From Isurus oxyrinchus (lineage: Eukaryota): a stretch of DNA of 64,000 nt. Below the pieces are notes generated by a model, which was given only the letters and a program-made list of their open reading frames with translations, made no database searches and was not told the origin of the DNA. The stretch's first letter is position 1. Each line of letters starts with the position of its first letter. Shown here piece after piece: positions 39,001-51,104 of the stretch. A program made the position numbers and the translations under genes. The DNA is taken from assembly GCA_026770705.1 (NCBI GenBank), contig JANJGN010000018.1:9176001-9240000 (forward strand). The letters run 5' to 3'.

Positions 39001-39601
39001 AGATTATAAAATAAAAAATAACTGGGAAAATCGTGAATGTGCTGCACCCGGCCAAGGGTACAGCAGCTGTACATCAGTAAACTTAACAAACGCATTTTAC
39101 ATAGGCTGGGCCAAATAATTACAAAACTCAGACCTGTAAGTCAACCCCAATTTAAGGAATGCAAAGTGACTGTGAAAATTGCAAATGTGCCAGTTTGCTT
39201 GAATTCTTGTTAATAATTCATGTCACCATGTGCACCAAGGTCCAGAAAGTGAGGAAGGAGTTCACAATGTTCTGCAGCTTTATTACAACCTGTTTTCATG
39301 CACTGAAATCACAACTGTAGCATTTCCAATGACAGAGCAAATTGTACAATGTCGGCTGGCAGGATGAGTGGCTAATGTTTTAGAAATTAGTACGAGAATT
39401 ATACCATGCCATATGTACCGTGCACAGCCTGTCCAGGTTTATCATAAAGGTTTTGGGAATAACAGAGAAAATCAGACAGCAACAGTTGCACGCCACACCG
39501 GTGACAGCCTTACACATGAATATTTTGGAAATTCAATTCAAATCAAAACCTGATCATTATATCAAAGCAAAATACCACAGATACTGGAAATCTGAAACAA
39601 A

Positions 39602-42600
39602 GGGCGGTATCGTCCCAGGTTTGCGGTAAGAGCGGTAAGGGGCGTGAAAAAAGACATTTTACCTCACAGGCAGTAATGGGGGGGTTTCTCACTGTATCGT
39701 CCCTTCCCGCCCCCATTAATTATGCAGTCATGGGTAACACACGCCATCGCTGGCGGCCAGCCTCCGATGTGCTCGCCACGCTGTTATCTCGCTGCTTCCT
39801 CACGCCAGGCACCATATTTAAACTGCAGCTACGCGCACAGTTCTCGATGCTTGCAGTCCAGGACAGCTCTGGTGAAGAATTGACCCCTAAAGCCAAGGAG
39901 TATGCAGCCCCCCCGATTCAGTGAGGCATCCCTGGGACACCTTCTGGATGCCATGGAGGCCTACCGCAATATCCTCTACCTCCACTCTAGCCGTAGGAGG
40001 TCTATCAGTGCCACCACTCCGGCTTACAAAACAATGGCAGTGGTGGTCAGTGCCAATGCTGCACACAAGAGTTCAGCCATCCAGTGCAGAAAACGGATGA
40101 ATGATCTCATCTGTGAGCCAGGGTAAGTCAACCATCTCCTCACTCTAAACTCCCACACTCACAAGGCCATCACACATTCACTGGTATCTCACTCACTGTC
40201 AACTCAAGGGACATCACCACTCACTCTCCCACACACACCCTCACACCTCCATCTGGCTGCATCTCCTCTGGAGGCTGCCTCCTCATCCCGTCCATGGCTC
40301 CATTCAGCACACACACACGTCTGGCATCCTTCTCACTGGCCTGGCATGCACCTTGCTCACACTCTCTCCTTCTGGCTTAATGTAGAACAAGATCATGCAC
40401 AATTACTGGGAGAGGTCCCAGACCGGGGGTGGGGGGGGGGGGGGGGGGGGTCAGGATTCTGTACCACATCATCCCTGTCTCTACACTACCCTAAGTCCAC
40501 TGTTCTGTGTTCAATGCAGCTACCAAGCACTGATAATCTCTACTTTCTGGCCTAGGCACATCTGACACGTCTCCCTCAGGCAAGCTTGACCCTGACCCCA
40601 GCGCGGAGACCAGTTCTGATGAGGACCCTGAAGGCAGGCCTGTTGAAGATCTGTCATGGCGCAGACCCACACCCTCCACCAGCACAGAGACACACACCTC
40701 GGTGGGACCTAGATGTAGAGCAGCCTCGGGATCACAATCTGGTGAGAACAGCACACAATCTGTTCCACAGCAGGCGGAGACAGGAATACCCCTTGTTCGC
40801 CGGCACTCGGAGGACTGCGGGAGGCAAGGGGTATTCTGAGTCCAAGACAGATGATGAGCCTCTGAACTCAGTCCTCAGTCAGTTAGTGGAGCTGCAAAGA
40901 CATTCACGGGAACATCAGGAAGGGATGTCTGGCGCGCTCCTCAGATTGCAAGAGACGATGGAGGAGTCTGTCTGCCTTCAGTCCGAGGTGATAGCGCCTG
41001 CCCGATAGCGGCTGCAATGCAGACATTGGTCCTGGACATCAGTTCTGCACTGCTGAGTTAGATGTTAGATAAACATAGAGAGGGGAGAATGTGAGAGATG
41101 AAAAAAGAGAGGAGAGAGTGTGAGAGATAAACTCAGAGAGGAGAGAGTGTGAAAGATAAACACAGAAAAGTGAGAGTGTGAGTGATAAACACAGAGAGGA
41201 GAGAGAGTGTGGGAGATAAACACAGTTAGGAGAGAGTGTGAGAGTTAAACACAGAGAGGAGAGAGTGTGAGTGATAAACACAGAGAGTATAGTGTGTGAG
41301 TGATAAATACAGAGAGGAGAGAGAGTGTGAGAGATAAACAGAGAGAGGAGAGAGTGTGAGTGATAAACACAGAGGAGAGAGTGTGATAGATAAGCACAGA
41401 GAGGAGAGAGTGTGAGTGATAAACACAGAGAGTATAGTGTGAGAGGGATAAATACAGAGAGGAGAGAGAGTGTGAGAGATAAGCACAGAGAGGAGAGAGT
41501 GTGAGTGATAAACACAGAGAGTATAGTGTGAGAGTGATAAATACAGAGAGGAGAGAGAGTGTGAGAGATAAACAGAGAGAGGAGAGAGTGTGAGTGATAA
41601 ACACAGAGAGTATAGTGTGAGAGAGATAAATACAGAGAGGAGAGAGAGTGTGAGAGATAAACAGAGAGAGGAGAGAGTGTGAGTGATAAACACAGAGAGT
41701 ATAGTGTGAGAGAGATAAATACAGAGAGGAGAGAGAGTGTGAGAGATAAACACTGAGAGGAGAGAGTGTGATAGATAAGCACAGAGAGGAGAGAGGGTGA
41801 GTGATAAACACAGAGAGTATAGTGTGAGAGAGATAAATACAGAGAGGAGAGAGAGTGTGAGAGATAAACACAGAGAGGAGAGTGATAAACACAGAGAGTA
41901 TAGTGTGAGTGATAAATACAGAGAGGAGAGAGAGTGTGAGAGATAAACAGAGAGAGGAGAGAGTGTGAGAGATAAACACAGAGGAGAGAGTGTGATAGAT
42001 AAGCACAGAGAGGAGAGAGTGTGAGTGATAAACACAGAGAGGAGAGAGTGTGAGTGATAAACACAGAGTATAGTGTGAGAGAGATAAATACAGAGAGGAG
42101 AGAGAGTGTGAGTGATAAATACAGAGAGGAGAGAGAGTGTGAGAGATAAACAGAGAGAGGAGAGAGTTTGATAGATAAGCACAGAGAGTATAGTGTGAGA
42201 GAGATAAATACAGAGAGGAGAGAGAGTGTGAGAGATAAACAGAGAGAGGAGAGAGTGTGAGAGATAAACACAGAGGAGAGAGTGTGATAGATAAGCACAG
42301 AGAGGAGAGAGTGTGAGTGATAAACACAGAGAGTATAGTGTGAGAGGGATAAATACAGAGAGGAGAGAGAGTGTGAGAGATAAACAGAGAGAGGAGAGAG
42401 TGCGAGATAAACACTGAGAGGAGAGAATTTGAGAGATAATCACAGAGAGGAGAGTGTAAACTTGGTTCCTGCACAAGATAAAGGCAGGTGTCTCAGTCCA
42501 GGGCTTCCTCCCTGTGTAGGGTGTAACATTCAGACCAAAGAGATGGTCCAACTTCACATTCACTGGACACATCAGTGATGCCTGCACCTAAGTGGTGCTT

Positions 42601-43761
42601 GTCATTGCTGCCAGAATGTCATGGGCAGGTGGTACAGAATTCCCTCATTCTCTCTGTGTGCTCTCAGCACCTTTGAGGTGAGACTGGCCCCTATCTCTTC
42701 AGCATCTGTGTCCGGTAATGCTGTGCTCCTGAAGGGGACAGGTGCCGAGGCTGACAAAGGAACAAGTGTATTTAAAGTTTCATGGCTGCGTCTCTATGAT
42801 ATGACCCTGATCACAGAGCGCAGCGAGCTGTCCTCAGTCAGACAGGAGTCAGACATTCACAGAAGCAATGTGAAGATCTATGGAGTGTCCTCACTGTATC
42901 TTGTCATCATCCTCCATGATATTCATGGCACCATGTGTTTGTAAGCTGCACCATCATATTGTTTTAAGCATAGTTTATAACTGGAAGGGCAATGGTTGTG
43001 GGTGGGAGATGTGGTGGGGATGCACAATGGCCATGGAATAATTTTCCCAATGGAGGAAGTTACAGCTGATCCAAAGTTTGATGTTGGATACACAAGGGCA
43101 AAGGAAGGGCGTGGAGAGGTAGAGATGGGCGTTATTAGCATACTAACTGGAAGCTGAATCTATGGGCCCAATTACAGCGATGGGGGCCTCACTTTGGACA
43201 AGCTTTTCTAAGTGCATGGCCGCTTCCCTCCCCCCACTGCCGCCACCCCCCGCCTTCCCCTGGGCACGTGCTTGTGTACTTCCTTCAGCCTGTGCTACCT
43301 TGTCCCCCGACCCCCAGCCTCACCCGCGCTGGAGGCCTTACCCCGGCACCACACTGAAAGCCAGCTGGAAAAAGTGACTTGCCTGTGCCGCCCACGAATG
43401 TGCAGCGTCGCCTCCTGGAAGTCCTATGAACAATGCTTGCAAGCGCTCCGCAATGCTGTGTGCATTCACTTCCAATTCCCCCTCGAAGTCCAGGTCACCA
43501 GGTGCACACCTTTCAAAGGCAGTCTTGAAGTCACGCTGACATGGACGGTAAGTTTGATGTGGGGGATGATTCCAGCGTGCGGCCACAGTGATGAGATACA
43601 AATGCATTAAAATTAAGCTCCTGACGTTGGAAGGCAGGAAACACAGCCCACCCTTGATGAGAGGAGCAGATGATCGCAAACTGGTTTTTGGCCTTATGGC
43701 CATATTGTCCACTCACGCTCGCCATGATGCCAGCTGCCAATGGGACCAAACAATTCCACCC
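39602..43761 (+). mobile_element. Rearranged Harbinger (Myb/SANT gene on plus, transposase termini on minus) inserted in a PLE 3' tail
   Basis: Termini GGGCGGTATCGT / GGGTGGAATTGT; TSD aaa (39599-39601 and 43762-43764). The PLE tail ctggaaatctgaaacaaa|gacggaaagtgctggaaaaactcagc is continuous across it. PRFSEASLGHLL...QCRKRMNDLICEPG|gtaagt. Confidence 0.82.
41060..42455. repeat. GA-rich minisatellite (about 25-31 bp units, 89-bp higher-order repeat)
   Basis: Units gataaa(c/t)acagagaggagagagtgtga; the gtatagtgtg marker recurs at 41432, 41521, 41610 and 41699. Confidence 0.95.
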
Positions 43762-44059
43762 AAAGACGGAAAGTGCTGGAAAAACTCAGCAGATCCAGCA
43801 GCATCTGCGAAGACAGAAACAAAGTTAACATTCCGAGTCCGAAGAATAGTCTTTTGGACTCAAAAGGTTGACTCTGATCACTAAATAATTTGACACTGTT
43901 ACTGAAGGTGGGAAAGCCATTTACACAATTTTGCGTTTTGCTTCAGTTAGATTGGGGACCAAATGTTGATTGTAATTCATACAATAAATAAATGATAGGG
44001 AAATGGTGCAGATTGTGTAGGAAATACCAATAAATGCAGCTTGTAAGTTTTCATCCCTA

Positions 44060-44725
44060 CACAATACAATTTATACTGTCCAGTTTTACCATCCGTTGGA
44101 GACTTTAAGAGGAGAATTTCCAGAAAATCCATCGAAAGGAAGTTTGACAAACAACAAGAACTGTTTAAAAAAAAAGCGCAGACATATTAGTGGAGAGGGA
44201 AGACACGACAGTTACAACTTGATATGGAAACATGTGAGAAAGTACATTTTGGAAGAAAAAGTAATGAGAGGGGGTATACATTCAATCGAAAGATGCTGAA
44301 GAGTGTAGGTGGATAGAAGTGAACAGAGGCCCAAAGGTTCAAATATGAAGTTCATTAAAAATCCAAGGGCAGGTGGATAAACTCAAAGTAAGATGATGAT
44401 TTAACAGGGCTTTTAGAGTGTGAATAGGGAAAGGTGGTTTTCGCCATTCTATAAAACAGTTTTGCGGGTCATTATTTTAAAGGTGCAACTAAAAGACGGA
44501 GGAGTGAGGTCAGGAGCAATTTCTATGCAGACAGTTGTTAGAGCATGGAATATTGACTTAGAGACCACTGCAATCTTTAATGGAAATTGGATAAGTTTGA
44601 AGTAGAGGGAAGGCTCTGGGGGTGATCAGATCAATGGTATTAGTTGCAGATTGCTTTGGGTATGATCCGACACAGGAACAATGGACCAAATGGCCTCCTG
44701 TGTGCTGTAAACATCTATGGTATTG
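44060..44725 (+). mobile_element. CR1 3' fragment, degenerate
   Basis: KC..VHFGRK-like remnant; 3' UTR aatggaccaaatggcctcctgtgtgctgtaaa. Confidence 0.65.
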
Positions 44726-45627
44726 TGGTTCTACGCCTGTTTATACCTGAGCCAGGTGTCACAAACCCACTATTGCCTTGCATAGTCTTCTTGGTATGCA
44801 CAGAAGCCTTCACTAGAATGGTGACTCCCCAATTTGTGATTGAGATAACTCAATAGAAAATTGATTTTCCAAGGCTGGAAATTAAAGGAGAATATATGCA
44901 GGGGGTGCTCGTGCATCATTTAGATAGATGTGCTTTCACCCAGCAGACTAGCTCGAATACAAAGCAGGCCATCTCATCACTAAATGGAGAATTTCCAAAT
45001 TAACCACAACCTGCACTTTCCTAATGTAATCATGGGCTGATAAACCAATACTCGGGTCTGGTGAATATGATTGGCAGGAGAATTGCCCTGCTTTCAGTTT
45101 AAAATTGTTACAGCCTTAATCTTGGTTAGGGGAGGGAAGTGAATGCAGTATTTGAAGTCACTACAGCTTGGAAATACTCAATAGGTTAAATCTACCAACA
45201 ACACAGTTTGTCCTTTGGTGAGAAAATGGAGGGTTTTACAGTTGCTTGTTACAATTTTCAAGTATTAATGCTTTAGGTGTCTATCCATTATTGCCTGGGT
45301 ACAGAAAGCCTGCAGTGGAATTTAGTCTCTTTCCCTGAAGAATAGTTACAATCAATTCCACCTGCCATGTTTGGTTGCTCAAAAGGATTTCATTGTTTTG
45401 AATTGAAACAATGGCTACAGATTAAACACCACGGCTGAATTTTGTGTTTGACAGGCGGGCGGGCCTGATCGAATTGGCGGCGGGTAGGGAGCCAATCCCA
45501 GCCGCCGAAAGGGGCCGCGCCACCATTTTGCACGGGTGGGCCAATTAAAGCCCACCCAGCGGGTTTGCGACTCCCCATGTACAACGGGAAAATCGAATTG
45601 GCGGCGGGCGTGTTCAGACCACAGGTT

Positions 45628-45655
45628 CCAATGGGGAACCGGCAGTCTGTATAAA
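45628..45655 (+). promoter_or_regulatory. Candidate promoter of the Harbinger Myb/SANT gene
   Basis: CCAAT at 45628 and TATAAA at 45650, 40 bp upstream of the ATG at 45690. Confidence 0.4.
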
Positions 45656-45689
45656 GAGCGGCCAGGCAGCCTCCTTGAGGCTGTTGACC

Positions 45690-48470
45690 ATGGCCAGCGA
45701 CCGGGCAGCACAAGAGGTGAAGGGCAGAGGAGGAGGAGGGGAGCAGGCTGCAGGGTAGGCCAGCGGTGGGGGGGGCCTGTGTGCCCCTCAGTTCTCAGAT
45801 GCCTGCCTTGCTATCCTCCTCAGAGAGGTGTCCAACCATCAGGAGGTCTTGTTTCCGGAGGATGGGAGGAGGAAGGCCCCCCACGTCACCAGGCAGGTGT
45901 GGGAGGAGGTGGCGGTTGCTGTTAGCTCCCATGATGCTGTGCGGCGCACAGGAACACAGTGCCACAAGCGCTTCAATGATTTGCTGCGCTCTGGAAGGGT
46001 GAGCACCATGTCAGCCTTGGCCATTTGACCCAGCAGGTAGCCTTAGTCTTTGAGGCCCACCCTCCACATCTTAGTGTTGTTACTGCATTGGGCATTTGGC
46101 GCATGCTGGGTGGGCAAACAGATAGTGCCCATGCTTACATCAGCCTGTGTGGGTGAGGAGAAGGTGGGTTCTCCCCGCAGCACATGTTGGTGTTTGTCTG
46201 GGGGTAACCTGCAGGGGAGACAGCTAGACACATACTCAAAACTCCAACACATGTCTTATTGATGGTGATGAGATGGTGGAAGGGGAACCTCAAGGTGTCG
46301 TGGCCAAGAGCCATCTGCTGGCCTCAGCACCACACCTAGTTGTGTCTCCTTGTCATGGACGCTAAGACCCGTGTGATATTCAAAGTGATGGACGCCGAAT
46401 GTGTCCAAGGTGGCTGTTGGGGGGAGGGGGTTGGGAGCAGCTGTACTATCTTCTGGGGACTGATCACCAGTAGTGTGGACAGGAGCCGCTGGAGGCCTCA
46501 GATGGGCCACTGTGGTTAGGGTGCGGTGTGCGCGTGCAGAGTACATGAGTGATCAGCCCCAATTAATCCTCTTCTCTGTTCTGCAGACAAAAACAGAGAA
46601 CAATATGAGGGAGCACCAGCGGACTGGTGGTGGGCACACCGTGCTCCAGTGCCTCATCACCTACGAGGAGCAGGCCATGGAGCTGGGGAGGAGGCAGGTG
46701 GCCAGGACAGCAGGTGTGGGTGAAGCTGGGGGTCAGCCGCCAGGTATTTGAGGGCCACAGTCCCATCCACTGTCTCCCCACCATCCAAAGCACTGATGGT
46801 TGCTGCAATCGTTAATGCAGCAACACTGCTCATTCACAGACTGATACACTCAGACGTGTGGGTCATACACAAAGGTCCCTCGCCCCTTGATGCCATGCCA
46901 TGGCATTGCTGCTGCATAGCTAAAGACGTTTTGCATCTTAGGAGGGTTTGTACCGTCACCACCCTTTCAGCCAGTGCGTCCCACATTACTCTGTCCAAAA
47001 GGTCCTCAGCACCTCACCTGTCAACCTCACAGCACTCAACTTAAATAAATACCACCACATTACTCATCCCTGTGCTAAGGGGAAATGTTGCCCTCTGTCC
47101 ACCCGTTCTATGCCTCTCAAAATGATATGAAGGTCAATAATGTGACCTGTCGATCTCCTGTGATCCACGGCAAATGTCACAAGTGCTTGCGATGTTTCCT
47201 CATCACTCCAACTCTCCAGTCCAGCATGCATCCAGGTCAGGTACCTCTGCACTCTCCCCACTCCAATCCCATCCCTCCCATGAAGCGCAGGTCACAACTG
47301 AACGCAGAAGTGTAGATGTGGCCTCGACAGCGTTTTCTGCAATTGCAACATGACCTCCCTTTTCCTACATTCTATTCCTCGGCTAATAAAGGCAAGTCTG
47401 GCTGCGACCTTGTTAAACAATTTATGTTCCTGTTCTGCAAACCTAACGGTCTGCCAGCAAGGTCCCTGTAATCATCGTGACTTCCCACGGTCCTACCATT
47501 TCTCCTGTATTCCTGTACCTTGCTTGTCTTGCCCAAGTGCTTAACCGCACACTTATCCACATAACATTCCATGTGGCAGTCCTTAGGCCATCTGACCAGC
47601 CTGTCTGTATGTGTGTGTAATGTTTGGGCCTCCTCTTGACTATTTACCACCCCACCAATGTTCATCTCCTTAGGTTCTTGAAGGTTGAGTGCATTATGAT
47701 GTTGGGGGGGGAAAGGGATGAAAGGTGTTATTGACTGAACGCTAACTGATGCACTGTCCTTGTTGTTAATTTCAGCATCACCACTGCATGGCTGCCACCA
47801 GGAACAAGTCCAGAGCCCCCTCTCCACACCTGAGGGCCAAGACATGCAACTTGCGTCACATCCTTTCAGCCAGCCAGGCACCAGCACAGCGACTACCACA
47901 TCGGTGGGGAATTTAGTGTTAGCTAATGTCCCCGGGCACAGTGGAGAGGCCACTTCACAATCGCTGGAGGAGATGGCACGGACAGAGAGTGCCGATGGCG
48001 CCAGCAGCCGGAGGACTGCAGGAGACTGGGCACATACTGAGTTGGGCGGTGATGATGTGCCTCTGGAGATGTTAGCCATTCAGCAACTGCAGGGCAAGCA
48101 GCAGGGTGCACGGGAGCATCTGGCAGGGTTGCATGAGGGTGTGCTTCAGTTGGTCTCTGTGGTGGAGGAGTCCAGGCAGAGTGTCAGTGATGGCATGAAC
48201 CTCAGGACAGAGCTTCAGACTTCCTCCATTGAGAGATTGGCGACTCTCATGGAGAGGGGATTCAATCACAATGAGAATTTTCTGCTCGGATTACGCTCGG
48301 ACCTGCAAACCCTCACAGCACTAATGACCACGGGTGGTTATTGGCAATATGGGAGATGTTTTGGGCACCAAGTGTCACCACTTGGTGCCCATCCATCTGC
48401 AATGAGCAGGGAGGTCCAATGTGACCTCACATCGGCACAGCAGCTGCCTGTCATTGCTGTGAGCTCCTCT
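45690..48470 (+). pseudogene. Harbinger Myb/SANT-like DNA-binding protein gene, three exons (45690-45998, 46587-46743, 47776-about 48470)
   Basis: APQFSDACLAILL...WEEVAVAVS...TQCHKRFNDLLRSGR|gtgagc; ctgcag|TKTENNMRE..RTGGG...G|gtattt; ttcag|exon 3. Splice phases 0 and 1 are consistent. One in-frame TAG at 45756. Confidence 0.85.
47330..47670 (-). mobile_element. CR1 fragment inside intron 2 of the Myb/SANT gene
   Basis: GGVVNSQEE...DRLVRW...DKCAVKHLGK. Confidence 0.7.
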
Positions 48471-49324
48471 CAGGGCGTCATGAGCCACCTTGTGAGGGGA
48501 TAGCCCTTGTCACCCAGCAGCCATCCATCCAGCCGGGCTGGAGCACTGAAGAGCCCCGGCACCTGGAAGTGTCTGAGGATGTAGGTGTCGTGGGAGCTGC
48601 CTGGGTACCTTGCACACACTTGTAGAATCCGCATCCTGTGATCACACACTATCTGCATGTTCATGGAGTGGAAGCCCTTCCTGTTGACGAAGGCACCGGG
48701 CTCACCTGCTGGCGCCTTGATGGCCACATGTGTACAGTCTATAGCACCCTGGACACGGGGGTTGATAGCAATGGTCGCGAAGCCTCTGGCGCGCTGTGTC
48801 TGGATTGCCTGGTCGCAGCGGAAGTGGATGAAGATCAATACGCATCTGAACATAGCGTCTGTAACCTGCTTGACACAAATGTGGACAGCTGATTGGGAGA
48901 CACCGCAAAGATCACCCACCGAGCCCTGGAAGGAGCCAGAGACATAGAAGTTGAGGGCAACTTTGAGCTTCAGAGCCGCTGGCATGGGGTGTCCACCCAC
49001 ACATTTAGGGGAGATCTCAGGGCCAATCATCTGACAGATATAGTTGACTGTCTCCCTTGAGAGTCTGATCCTCCTTCGGCACTGCACCTCAGTCATATTG
49101 AGGTAGCTGCTTCGCCGCCTGTATACCCTGGCAGCAGGATAGTGGCATCTTCTGTGGCCCCTTCCACCTTGGACAACCTCTTGGCCCTGTGTCCCTTGTG
49201 TCTGCGCTTGGCCTCCCAAAGGTGGCTCCCCTGGAGGCTGATTGTCCACTCCTGGCCTCCTCCTTATTCTATCCCTCCCTTCCTCCTCAGAGGAGCTGCC
49301 TCCAGTGGAGATGTCAGAACCCAT
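48470..49324 (-). CDS. Harbinger DDE transposase (HARBI1-like), C-terminally truncated
   Basis: RVYRRR.SYL, ALNFY.SGSFQ, GAIDCTH, NRKGFHS.N.Q, YPGSSHD, LLGDKGYPL..WLMTP*. The third catalytic Glu is missing. Confidence 0.92.
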   Translation of the reverse strand: MGSDISTGGSSSEEEGRDRIRRRPGVDNQPPGEPPLGGQAQTQGTQGQEVVQGGRGHRRCHYPAARVYRRRSSYLNMTEVQCRRRIRLSRETVNYICQMIGPEISPKCVGGHPMPAALKLKVALNFYVSGSFQGSVGDLCGVSQSAVHICVKQVTDAMFRCVLIFIHFRCDQAIQTQRARGFATIAINPRVQGAIDCTHVAIKAPAGEPGAFVNRKGFHSMNMQIVCDHRMRILQVCARYPGSSHDTYILRHFQVPGLFSAPARLDGWLLGDKGYPLTRWLMTP

Positions 49325-50887
49325 ACCCAGGCTAAATGGAGGCCTCCGGAAAGCTGCAGGCCCGATAAAGATTCCTGTCTGCAGACTGGTGAGCTGAAGC
49401 TTCAAAGTACAGAGAAAGCTGTTGGAAATTGTTCTGAACTGGTAACAATCACACAGGCAAGTTTAAAACACTTTCTGCATTAAATACTTCATGAAAAACA
49501 TTATCAATCCCTCTGAGCCCACTATCCTGCCTGTGGATGAGGTTTGTTAAAAAATCACCTACCCACCTGCCCGTTGGGCCCACGCGCTGAGGTGAAGTTC
49601 GCACGGGCCCCTCAAAATCGGCTTCAATTGCCGAGTTAAGGGTCTTAATAAGGCCTTTAGTTAATGGCAGGCGCGCATCACACTTCATAGTGCGCCCACC
49701 CACCTCAATATCGCGATGCCGCGTGCTGACATCGGGACACTCACGCAATATGTTAAGCGCTGATGTGCAGGCTCCACCACCCACACGTCAGCCAGAAAAT
49801 CCTGCCCCTTGTGTTTAATGTCCCTCGTGGATAGTTTATACCTTGCAAATCTTTTAGTTTCTGGTCTTGGGAGAAGGACAACAACGTTAGGTGACTCTCC
49901 CCAAATTATATTTGTCACGTGGAACCATTCTCCACAAAGTCCACCTGAAGCCAGTGCGGAACACATCATTTAGTAAAGAGGACACATGCCCAAAATGAGG
50001 CCCATACTTGCAACAGTACAATTCAGGAGATCTCTAATTCAGTGGCAGCACACAGCAACAATCACTGATAGAGTGTGTGTCCTATGCTACTGGAAAGCCA
50101 AGTGTCACCTTTTACACTTAAGATTGCCATTGACTGCAAAAAAAAATGTGCATCTAGTTAAAGGAACGCAAACCAAACCATTCTGAATTTTCATTTAAAT
50201 TAATGCACTATATTCTGGAAATTAAAATGTATAAAAAATAATATAAGGGTTTTCCATTTTGCGAAAGAGAAACTCATGTCAGAAAAGGAAGCAGATGACA
50301 AAAAGTTGCACCTTTTCGATTCTTTCCGACTGCAGTTTTGATCCATACCTTCAACTCCTCTGTTTTCACCTCCATCTAAACTGCTCAGTTTCCAGTACTT
50401 TTCTCCCATGCGCTAATGAAGAACACTCCGTTGAAGCGGTTAATAAAAGGTATGTTTTATTTAAATTCTTATTGTAATCTAATCGAAAGTAACATTTCTT
50501 GAATGTTGAAAGTGTCGTTATCTATTGTATTTCCTCTGGGACTATACCATGAGCATCTCAAACTAAAGGGACAATTGTGATTTGACAACTCTAGTGTATG
50601 GTAGTATGAGTTTTAATGGCATAAACCTGCTTGAGTGCCGAGTGATAACACTAAAAATTAGATTGAGATCTGATTTATTAATTTTAGCATGTAATATTAG
50701 TGTGCATTTAATCACTTTGGCAGTCAGGCCAATGATTTGTTACAATAATTTGTTATAGAGTGCACCCTAGCGTGAAGTGAATACATCAATCAGCTTGTAA
50801 AGAGTTAGTAGTTTCAGCCTGTCTCTTTTCCAAACAGGAGTGATTCTACAGAGATGAATCATTGACAGACCAGTTAGGTTAAAATAA

Positions 50888-51104
50888 CAGAGATAAAAAC
50901 AAAAAAACTGCGGATGCTGGAAATCCAAAACAAAAAATAAAAAATACCTGGAAAAACTCAGCAGTTCTGGCAGCATCGGCGGAGAGGAGCACAGTTAACG
51001 TTTCGAGTCCTCATGTCCCTTCAACACTCGAAACATCAACTGTGCTCTTCTCTGCCGATGCTGCCAGACCTGCTGAGTTTTTCCAGGTATTTTTTATTTT
51101 TTGT
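50888..51104. mobile_element. Fold-back mini-PLE (inverted within the hammerhead)
   Basis: Arms aaatacctggaaaaactcagcag... and ...ctgctgagtttttccaggtattt; TSD ttaggttaaaataa at 50874-50887 and 51105-51118. Confidence 0.9.

Larger units (their letters stand above)
45432..49807. mobile_element. Near-complete two-gene PIF/Harbinger transposon with a central deletion
   Basis: Termini (c)GGCTGAATTTT / GGGCAGGATTTT; convergent Myb/SANT gene (plus) and DDE transposase (minus); no matching TSD seen. Confidence 0.9.

Noticed and set aside
41039-42587. Three overlapping 409-453 aa ORFs
   Set aside because: Artefact of the CT-rich minisatellite strand lacking stop codons.
48470-49405. Domesticated HARBI1 host gene
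   Set aside because: Lies within TIRs next to a Myb partner, is truncated, and has decayed paralogous copies in the window.
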